Both the position numbers and the translations under genes were made by a program. 64,000 nucleotides of DNA, taken from positions 1,587-65,586 of the forward strand of contig DUKY01000013.1 in NCBI GenBank assembly GCA_013329055.1, written 5' to 3'. The notes beneath the pieces were generated by a model. It had not been told where the DNA came from. It searched no databases and worked only from the letters and a program-made list of their open reading frames with translations. Shown here piece by piece: positions 8,370 through 15,983 of this stretch (its first letter is position 1; every line of letters starts with the position of its first letter). The stretch is from Nanobdellota archaeon (GTDB taxonomy: Archaea > Nanobdellota > Nanobdellia > Pacearchaeales > GW2011-AR1).

Positions 8370-9773
8370 TTATTCGTTAGATTGTTTTAAATGTAAAAAT
8401 GTCAAAAAACCAACATTGACAACAGATACACCTAAAACCATTATTAAAGTAATCATTGAAGTACTTAAAGACACCCCTAACCCGCTTATTTTCATCATCA
8501 TCAATAAAAGCATTAAAATCATCGGAGCAGCAATAACAACACTAATATAAATATCCATAAAAGTTTCAGCAGACTTTGTTTGTTTTTCTCTGTCAAGACG
8601 ATAATCAAAAAGTAAAGTTTGCGATCTTTTTTCGAAAAATTTTGTTAAATCACCACCGGAAGTAATTGTCGTCGCAAGACCATTAAATAATTCAGACAAT
8701 TTCGCACTAGGACTATGATATGCAGCATTTCGTAAAGCACTAACCAAATCATGACCATAAACATTAACTTCATTAATTATTTTAGTAAATTCTTTTTCTA
8801 AAAAGGGATAATTTTTCGTCGTCAGCATAATTTGAAAAATTTTACTAGGATCAACCATTGAACCGGCAATAGCAGACATATGAATAGTTGCAAAAGGCAA
8901 TTCACGATTAATCCCTGTTTCAATTGAACTTTTTTCTAAACTAGGATAAACATACATTAAAAGGAAAGTACCAATAGGAGCTGCAAAAATAATCCAAAAT
9001 GTTTTAATAAATCTATCAAGAATAGAACTATTCATAAGAGTAATTATCGGTAATTCAGGACCAATATTAAAAAACAAAAAAAACACAAACAAAAAAATAC
9101 CGATGAAAAAGGCAATCATTGTAGTAAGTAGCATAACAGAAATATAACTCATGGGTAAAAACTCTAAATTTGCCCGAATCAAATCCAATTTTAAAGTTTT
9201 AAAAAAATCATTCTTTTCCATAACTTTCGCTCGCTTTACAAAAAGAGAATTCGCAAATTTAACATATTTACTCGGAGTTTTTTCCATTTTTACAACAACA
9301 TCTTTTTTCTTATTAAGAAGATTCTTCAAACTTGCTTTTTCCAAATCAGTAATCCCTTCATGAAGTTTTTTTAAATCCCCACGAGAAAGTTTATTTTGAC
9401 GTGACTTTAAAGTTACTTTTTGTTTTTCTTCTTCTAATTTTACAGGAGTAATATTATTAAGATCTTTAATTTTATTAAACTGAGCTTCATCAAACTCAGA
9501 AAAATCACCGCCGATTTTTGAAGAAATTCCTAAATCAACTTTTGATAATTTTAAAGGCTGAACAAAATTAATATTATTAAGATGAACAGGAAATTTTTGA
9601 TTAACTAATTTTAAAGACTTTTTTAATTCCTCAACTTGAGATAAAGCCATTGTTTTTTCAGTTTTATCCTTCAAATTTTTCATATCTTTAAAAATTGAAT
9701 TAATTTCTTTAACAATTTTTTTTTGAGTTTTAATATCCTCCTTCATTGAACTAAAATCATTTGGAAGAGTCAT
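8370..9773 (-). CDS. type IV pilus/archaellum platform protein, FlaJ/PilC-like T2SS-F domain (first half) with a long soluble N-terminus
   Basis: 467 aa. The C-terminal half has TM segments and a T2SF-like core (..GHDLVSALRNAA..LFNGLATTITSGGDL..). Confidence 0.65.
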   Translation of the reverse strand: MTLPNDFSSMKEDIKTQKKIVKEINSIFKDMKNLKDKTEKTMALSQVEELKKSLKLVNQKFPVHLNNINFVQPLKLSKVDLGISSKIGGDFSEFDEAQFNKIKDLNNITPVKLEEEKQKVTLKSRQNKLSRGDLKKLHEGITDLEKASLKNLLNKKKDVVVKMEKTPSKYVKFANSLFVKRAKVMEKNDFFKTLKLDLIRANLEFLPMSYISVMLLTTMIAFFIGIFLFVFFLFFNIGPELPIITLMNSSILDRFIKTFWIIFAAPIGTFLLMYVYPSLEKSSIETGINRELPFATIHMSAIAGSMVDPSKIFQIMLTTKNYPFLEKEFTKIINEVNVYGHDLVSALRNAAYHSPSAKLSELFNGLATTITSGGDLTKFFEKRSQTLLFDYRLDREKQTKSAETFMDIYISVVIAAPMILMLLLMMMKISGLGVSLSTSMITLIMVLGVSVVNVGFLTFLHLKQSNE

Positions 9774-10006
9774 TTTAATGTTTGATCCATCCGTCCTTGG
9801 ACATCCAGAATATATTTTTTTAATTTATTAAACATTGCATAATCTTTTTTTTCATAAGACTCTTCCAGCCTTAATTCAGCTTCTTGCAAAGAATCAATTA
9901 ATTGACCCAAATAAATTGCTTTCTCTTCAGTTAAAATCGCCTCTTTCACCATTCTGTTTATTAAAGAATTATAATATAAAAAGGTTATGATATTATTCAA
10001 TACCAA
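9770..10006 (-). CDS. small coiled-coil protein (start possibly MVKEAIL at 9952)
   Basis: ORF between the ATPase and platform genes, coupled to the downstream gene by a 4-nt overlap. Confidence 0.3.
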   Translation of the reverse strand: MVLNNIITFLYYNSLINRMVKEAILTEEKAIYLGQLIDSLQEAELRLEESYEKKDYAMFNKLKKYILDVQGRMDQTLK

Positions 10007-11558
10007 ACTTTTCTAATATTTCTTTAGGATGTTTATAATAATCATTAACAGCTTTTTGAACTTCTTCAAAACCGGTAATTTTATTTTTATATAATTGATA
10101 AATTAATTTAACTCTTCGTTTAAACTCAAGATCAATCTCTTCAAAATTTAATCCATGTCGTTGAGCAATTTTAGTTAAAATCTTACTATCCCTTTTAAAA
10201 TAAAATTGATCATCAACAGGATTCCAAACAAATGGAGTGTTAGTAGTTGCAACACCTTCGGAAGAAACATTGATAACTTCAACAATTTCTTTTAAACGCC
10301 TGGTTTCTTGATTATTAACAATAGCATGAGTCATAATGCAAACACAATCTAAAACATTTAATAACGACGGAGATAATTCAATTGGAGGAGTTTCTAATCT
10401 CCTGATTACAGCATCAACAGAATCAGCGTGAATAGTACTAATTGATGAATGTCCTGAAGCCATACCCTGGAATAATACATACGCTTCTTTACCCCTTACT
10501 TCACCGACAATAACATAATCCGGATTTTGTCTAAAAGAACCTTTCAATAAAGTAAATAAATCTACTTCACCAATTTTCTTTGCACCAGTAGCACCTCTTG
10601 AAACACTAGGTAACCAATTATCCCTCGGTAAGTTTAATTCACGAGTATCTTCAATTGAAACAACCCTTGCTTCAGGAGGAATAAAGAAAGCCATGGCATT
10701 TAACAAAGTAGTTTTACCTGAAGAAGTACCACCAGCAATTAAGATATTCATTTTATATTGAACCATCATCCATAAATAAGCAAGCATTTCAGGACTTAAA
10801 GTATTAAAACCAATTAATTGAGGAGGAGTCCAGGGTGTTTTTGTAAATTTACGAATTGTAAAAGTTGGACCTTTACTTGAAATATCCTTAGTATAAGTTG
10901 CATTTACCCTGCTACCATCTGGCAAACTACCATCGAGAATAGGATCAGCATAAGAAATATATTTACCGCATCTTTGAGCCAATTTTTCAACAAAACCACC
11001 AAGTTTATCCAGATCTTTATACACCAAAGTAGTTTTTAAATTTCTAAAAACACGATGAACTAAATAAACAGGAGTAGTACCACCATTGCATTCAATATCT
11101 TCAACAAAATAATCCCTTAATAACGGTTCAATTTCATTAAATCCAATAAAATCCCGACATAGATAATAATAAATTTTTTTGTAACTTTCATAATCCATAG
11201 TCATTCCTAACTCAACAGCTAAAAATTTTAAACGCTTATCAATATGATCCAATAAAGATTCCTGATCATTTTCAACAACACTATCATAATTAATTAAACT
11301 CCTCATTGCAAGAAGTAATTGCTCAAGATACTTGCTTTCTTCCCGACTTAAAACAGGCTCCTCAATTTTATAAATAACCTCAGAAATTTTTGGATCCCAA
11401 TAAATATGAATATATGCAAAAGGTTCAATTACACAATATCTAACATTAATAGTTGTTTTATCCTTAACCTTCTTTAATGGAGGAATACTAGGAGTAAAGT
11501 TAATGTATACTCTTTCAAAGTTTTGTATTTCAGTGTTTGTATTTCCAGCAATTTCCAT
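9993..11558 (-). CDS. type II/IV secretion ATPase, FlaI/PilB (VirB11-like) family
   Basis: 521 aa with Walker A AGGTSSGKTTLLNA, a Walker B/Asp box (VVSIEDTRE) and a His box (GHSSISTIHA). Confidence 0.85.
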   Translation of the reverse strand: MEIAGNTNTEIQNFERVYINFTPSIPPLKKVKDKTTINVRYCVIEPFAYIHIYWDPKISEVIYKIEEPVLSREESKYLEQLLLAMRSLINYDSVVENDQESLLDHIDKRLKFLAVELGMTMDYESYKKIYYYLCRDFIGFNEIEPLLRDYFVEDIECNGGTTPVYLVHRVFRNLKTTLVYKDLDKLGGFVEKLAQRCGKYISYADPILDGSLPDGSRVNATYTKDISSKGPTFTIRKFTKTPWTPPQLIGFNTLSPEMLAYLWMMVQYKMNILIAGGTSSGKTTLLNAMAFFIPPEARVVSIEDTRELNLPRDNWLPSVSRGATGAKKIGEVDLFTLLKGSFRQNPDYVIVGEVRGKEAYVLFQGMASGHSSISTIHADSVDAVIRRLETPPIELSPSLLNVLDCVCIMTHAIVNNQETRRLKEIVEVINVSSEGVATTNTPFVWNPVDDQFYFKRDSKILTKIAQRHGLNFEEIDLEFKRRVKLIYQLYKNKITGFEEVQKAVNDYYKHPKEILEKFGIE

Positions 11559-12080
11559 TTAATCAACCTCAAAATCTAAGACGGTCAAATCATTTACTTT
11601 GCCCTCGTTAGATATAAATAATTTATAAGGAGTTGAACCTTTACTTAAAGTTTTTATAACATCCCCATTTTGAAATGTAAGGTTATACGCCTCACTATAA
11701 TCACTAGTCAAAGTCACTATATTAAGCTTTCCATTTTTTTCAGTATGAACTAAAATATCACCATAATAAATATCTTCTCCCGGTTCACTGTATGTATTTC
11801 TACTTTCAATTTCAAAAATTAATTTATCATTTTGTCCGTCGATCATTAAGATACCTTTTTTAATTCCTAATTCAATTTTACGTTTATTTCCTGCACCGCC
11901 ATGGACTAATGAAAGAACAATTGTATTAATATCCTCCATCATCCCAATAGACTGTTCAATAATAGCTTTATCTTGCATCTCTTCGACTTTAGGTTTAACA
12001 AAAGCTAAAACACTCCCGATCATAACAAAAGCGATTAAAGTATATATCACAGTTTCAACCCACACCTGACCTCTTTTCAT
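11559..12080 (-). CDS. type IV pilin-like protein (class III signal peptide)
   Basis: N-terminus MKRGQVWVETVIYTLIAFVMIG: a KRG-Q prepilin-type cleavage motif followed by a hydrophobic helix. Confidence 0.6.
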   Translation of the reverse strand: MKRGQVWVETVIYTLIAFVMIGSVLAFVKPKVEEMQDKAIIEQSIGMMEDINTIVLSLVHGGAGNKRKIELGIKKGILMIDGQNDKLIFEIESRNTYSEPGEDIYYGDILVHTEKNGKLNIVTLTSDYSEAYNLTFQNGDVIKTLSKGSTPYKLFISNEGKVNDLTVLDFEVD

Positions 12081-12301
12081 GATTAATTAAATAATATATC
12101 ATTTAAAAAATCTTCTAAAATTAAAAAAATAAAATTTTATTGGTCATAATAATTAATTTAAAAATAAAACAAATTTCTCGTCGATAATTTCAAAAAAATT
12201 GTTTTTCAAAAAGATTATTTAAAAATAATGCTCAGAAATTAAAATAAATTATACAAAAAATTTCATTCCACCAAAAGATTATTTAAAACCTAAATAAAAA
12301 A

Positions 12302-12808
12302 TTAAGAAAAAACAAAACAATTATCTATTGAAGTTAATTGATCAGATTCTTCACATTGTTGCTTCTTGATAATTGGAGCGATTTTTATTGCATCAGGCTT
12401 GCTGGTAACACCAGTTAAAACATAAGTTAAACCACCATTCTTAGAAGGTAATTTAATTAAATTAGTCCCAGAAGGATAATTCAAAACATTTGGAATAGTT
12501 TGTTCAACATTACTGATTTTCATGCTCGTTGTTGTTCCGACACTGGAAATCCCAATAACAATTTCATCAACATCAATATCTCCAATATTTAAAGAAAATT
12601 GAAATTGATTAGAAGATGAATTAAAACAAGTATATCTTCCATTAAGAGTAACCTGTTCAAAAATCCCAAAACAAGAACCAGATTCTTCTAACTCTGACCC
12701 AATCATATTATTGACTATTACCCACACAACAGAGACAGCCCCAATTACCATTGCAATCATAATAACAGTTGCGACAATTCCCGAAACACCACGTTTATTT
12801 AAAATCAT
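12302..12808 (-). CDS. archaeal type IV pilin
   Basis: N-terminus MILNKRGVSGIVATVIMIAMVIGAV, a class III signal peptide of the archaeal pilin N-terminal type. Confidence 0.7.
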   Translation of the reverse strand: MILNKRGVSGIVATVIMIAMVIGAVSVVWVIVNNMIGSELEESGSCFGIFEQVTLNGRYTCFNSSSNQFQFSLNIGDIDVDEIVIGISSVGTTTSMKISNVEQTIPNVLNYPSGTNLIKLPSKNGGLTYVLTGVTSKPDAIKIAPIIKKQQCEESDQLTSIDNCFVFS

Positions 12809-12825
12809 TTTGAATTTTTAAAAAT

Positions 12826-13284
12826 TTAAATATCTAATTGATAACCAACCTGTTTTTCACTACACATAAAAGTTCTTTGACCACTTTTTGAGTCACCGAT
12901 TAAAACAGGGATTAAAACTATTTTACTTCCACCTGAAACCTGAGAAGAAACATCTCCTGAATATGTTGCACCTTGATTTAATCCGGATGTTGGCCAACCA
13001 CTGCTTAAATCAACAGTTTGATAACTACCATCACTTAGAATTTTCATTTTCATTCCAAAGATTGGAACATTTCCTAAATTTGCAATATATAAAACACCAC
13101 TTGAATAACTTGCTTCAAAACTTACATCCATACAAACCAATTCAATATTCTGACCATCAAATTTTGTTATTGCTTCTTTAGTTAAACCTCTAAACCATAA
13201 AAAGATAATTAATGCAATTACAACAACCATTGCAATTAATAATACTGTTGCAATAACCGGCGATACACCTTTCTTTTTTTCCAT
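12826..13284 (-). CDS. archaeal type IV pilin
   Basis: N-terminus MEKKKGVSPVIATVLLIAMVVVIAL, a canonical archaeal pilin signal. Confidence 0.75.
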   Translation of the reverse strand: MEKKKGVSPVIATVLLIAMVVVIALIIFLWFRGLTKEAITKFDGQNIELVCMDVSFEASYSSGVLYIANLGNVPIFGMKMKILSDGSYQTVDLSSGWPTSGLNQGATYSGDVSSQVSGGSKIVLIPVLIGDSKSGQRTFMCSEKQVGYQLDI

Positions 13285-13331
13285 CTTATTTAATATAGTT
13301 TTTTTTACTTTTTAAATTTAATTGAAATTTT

Positions 13332-13880
13332 TTAGCATAATAATTCTTCTTTAATTCTTGAATTAGTACAGCTAACCATACGAGTTTTATCATTTTTATC
13401 CTTGCTGAAGATGATAGGAGTAATTGCTATTGAATAAATTGTTTCATTAAAAATATATCTATCAGTTTTATCCTCATTAATATTTAAAGTATTTTCGTTG
13501 CTTAATGCAAATAAAACTGCATGCTCAACAATTATACCCTGACCAATATCAAAATAAGAAGATAAATCAATAGTTGCTAATTCTTGATCTGGTTGATTAG
13601 CCCCGTGAATAAAATAACCGGCAACATTAAATCGCCCATTATTTTTTAAAGTAATATTCAAACTAGTTCCAGAACATTCAAATTCAGAAAGATAAATTGA
13701 AATACCCTCAGGGCAAGTCAAAGAATCAGCAGGAACATAAGTTTTCATCCATTGATAAACAATTGAACCCATAACAATTGCACCGGTAACTAATAAAATA
13801 TACCCAATCATAATACTGATACCTCTTTTATTTTTATTATTAATCATTTTAACCTTCAACAAAATATTTTTCACCTTCAA
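13332..13880 (-). CDS. type IV pilin-like protein
   Basis: NKNKRGISIMIGYILLVTGAIVMG motif near the N-terminus. Confidence 0.55.
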   Translation of the reverse strand: MKVKNILLKVKMINNKNKRGISIMIGYILLVTGAIVMGSIVYQWMKTYVPADSLTCPEGISIYLSEFECSGTSLNITLKNNGRFNVAGYFIHGANQPDQELATIDLSSYFDIGQGIIVEHAVLFALSNENTLNINEDKTDRYIFNETIYSIAITPIIFSKDKNDKTRMVSCTNSRIKEELLC

Positions 13881-14394
13881 TCTCTTGAGAGATTACAAAA
13901 TAAAAATAATCACCAGATTTTAAATCAATCGGATAAATTATTCCATCGATTAATACTTTCACTTCACGACCTTGAGGATAATAAGTTACTGCATCATAAG
14001 TCTGACCTTCAATTTCAAAAGTATGCATATCTGATTCAGAAGCTCCACCAAGATTTACCACAATATTGCCTGTTGTTTCCTGATAACCGGCAACAACAAT
14101 TGTTTCTTCATCTCCAAAAATAAAATATAAATTCTTGCCTTCACCTGCATAAATTGCATAAGATTCAGTAAAATTTTCAAGTAAAAGCTTAATCTCTGTT
14201 TCACTAAATTCATTATAAAAACCATAATCTAAAACTTCTCCGCTTTCAATTCTTAATTCTTCTCCAAGATCATAAAGATTAACAAAACTAGTTCTTTTTG
14301 AATAATTCAATACTGAAAAAAAACCAATCATCGATATAACTATAATTATTGCAGCAATTAAATAAAATTGTCCACGTTTATCATCCCTTCTCAT
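13849..14394 (-). CDS. type IV pilin-like protein
   Basis: N-terminus MRRDDKRGQFYLIAAIIIVISMIGFF. Confidence 0.55.
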   Translation of the reverse strand: MRRDDKRGQFYLIAAIIIVISMIGFFSVLNYSKRTSFVNLYDLGEELRIESGEVLDYGFYNEFSETEIKLLLENFTESYAIYAGEGKNLYFIFGDEETIVVAGYQETTGNIVVNLGGASESDMHTFEIEGQTYDAVTYYPQGREVKVLIDGIIYPIDLKSGDYFYFVISQEIEGEKYFVEG

Positions 14395-14439
14395 AATAAA
14401 ATAATTAATTTTAAGTTTATTAATGTTTTCATAGATTCA

Positions 14440-15081
14440 TTAAAAACACAAATCTCCACCAATACAGCAAAAAATTCCGTTATGTTTTACAATTTGCTCT
14501 AATTGAGGTAAAATATTTTCTTTTAATTTTTCTGCGGAATTTCTAGTTGCATTTAAATAATTATTACCGGTAACACGAAATTCTAACTCCGGAGAATTAA
14601 AAAGTTTAAAAGCTAATACTAAATCAAAATAATTTTTTGAAAAATAATCAATTAAACAATTTTCTTTTAAAAGATTGACCCGCAAAAAAGGAAAATTTTC
14701 TCCGGATAAATCTCCAACATCAACACCATAAATTTTCAAACCGGTTTTATCACAAGTATTATGCACAAACCTTGAAAACCAAGGTTCATATTCATTTGGA
14801 TATCTTGACGATTCAACATTTCCACTATTACAACCACAACCTAAATCTAAAATTATTTTTCCATTTAATTCATAATCTAAAATGTCTAAAACTAATTTCC
14901 ATTTTTTATTTAATGAAGAAACAATAAAACCTTTTTCCGGAAAAACATAATTTTCAGAGACAGATTTCAAACATCCATTATCAATCTCTTCAAAGATTAA
15001 ATTTCTTAAATTTTTTTTAGAATCCGATAAGTTATCAAAAGGATTCATAAAATAATTAATAGAATTTACAATCCGAACCAT
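14440..15081 (-). CDS. putative SAM-dependent methyltransferase
   Basis: ILDLGCGCN glycine-rich loop followed by an acidic residue pattern. Otherwise unassigned. Confidence 0.4.
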   Translation of the reverse strand: MVRIVNSINYFMNPFDNLSDSKKNLRNLIFEEIDNGCLKSVSENYVFPEKGFIVSSLNKKWKLVLDILDYELNGKIILDLGCGCNSGNVESSRYPNEYEPWFSRFVHNTCDKTGLKIYGVDVGDLSGENFPFLRVNLLKENCLIDYFSKNYFDLVLAFKLFNSPELEFRVTGNNYLNATRNSAEKLKENILPQLEQIVKHNGIFCCIGGDLCF

Positions 15082-15123
15082 TTTAATTTACTTTTTAAAA
15101 TAAATCAATTAATTAAACATTTG

Positions 15124-15670
15124 CAAAAAATGCCACCCTTCAAGTATTCGAGGAGGTTCAAAAAAAAACAAGGGGTGTCTTTTACGCACGACAACATCAA
15201 TTTCAAAAAACATAATTGTCGTGCTTGTGATATCCAAGAAGGCTCAAAGAGATGCCACCCTTCAAGTATTCGAGGAGGTTCAAAAGAAACCAAGGGGTGT
15301 CTTTTACGCACGACAACATCAATTTCAAAAAACATAATTGTCGTGCTTGTGATATCCAAGAAGGCTCAAAGAGATGCCACCCTTCAAGTATTCGAGGAGG
15401 TTCAAAAGGAACCAAGGGGTGTCTTTTACGCACGACAACATCAATTTCAAAAAACATAATTGTCGTGCTTGTGGTATCCACGAAGGCTCAAAAAGATATC
15501 ACCCTTCCATGTTTCGAGGAGGTTCAAAAGGAACCAACGGGTGTCTTTCATGCACGACGGAATTAATCCTAAAATATAATCGTCGTGCTTGTGGTATCCA
15601 CGAAGGCTCAAAGAGATGCCACCCTTCAAGTATTCGAGGAGGTTCAAAAGGAACCAAGGGGTTCCTTTTA
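15124..15670 (+). repeat. tandem array (about 4.5 units, 122-nt period) of structured modules A+B
   Basis: The landmark tgccaccc/tatcaccc recurs at 15131, 15253, 15375, 15497 and 15617, giving periods of 122, 122, 122 and 120. Each unit has hairpin 1 (GUGRYAUY/RAURYCAC, 16-nt loop), a second helix (ACCCUU..AAGGGGU) and the hairpin B gcacgaca/tgtcgtgc. The fourth B copy has the compensated stem cacgacg/cgtcgtg. Confidence 0.95.
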
Positions 15671-15705
15671 GTAGACTCTGAGGTTTGCTCATAATTAATA
15701 AAAAA

Positions 15706-15928
15706 GCTACCTTCACCCATTCTCAGCTCTGCTACCTGCTAAGCACCTTATCAAATGTTTAGGGCTGCTTGGTTCCCCACCTGACCCAGTTCGCATCTGC
15801 AAGATCAAAGCAGACAAAGCGTCAACGTCTGGAATAAAGACTTTTTTACGCATTAATCACGCCCCTCATTGCAGCTTGCCATAAAGCCCGTTTGCAATAA
15901 AGCGGAGGGCTAATCCGCTACCTAGTCT
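15706..15928 (-). ncRNA. signal recognition particle RNA (7S/SRP RNA), short form; ends approximate
   Basis: The minus strand reads ..CUGGGUCAGGUGG-GGAA-CCAAGCAGCCC.., matching the universal helix-8 motif (compare E. coli 4.5S GGUCAGGUCC-GGAA-GGAAGCAGCC). The segment is much more GC-rich than its surroundings. A TATA-like cttaaatagtataatt lies upstream and a T-run at 15700-15705 lies downstream. Confidence 0.75.
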
Positions 15929-15983
15929 ACAAAAATATAGAATAATTATACTATTTAAGATTAACTAAACCAGAAAACTCTTC

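Noticed and set aside
15124-15670. CRISPR array
   Set aside because: The entire 122-nt period is conserved, so there are no unique spacers. The repeat is far longer than CRISPR repeats, and there are no cas genes in the window.
15105-15720. Seven overlapping 73-112-aa ORFs on both strands (for example MPPFKYSRRFKRNQGVSFTHDNINFKKHNCRAC..), which could suggest a repeat protein
   Set aside because: They are generated by the 122-nt tandem repeat. The period is not a multiple of 3, so successive units are read in different frames, and both strands are open. There is no start context or coding periodicity.
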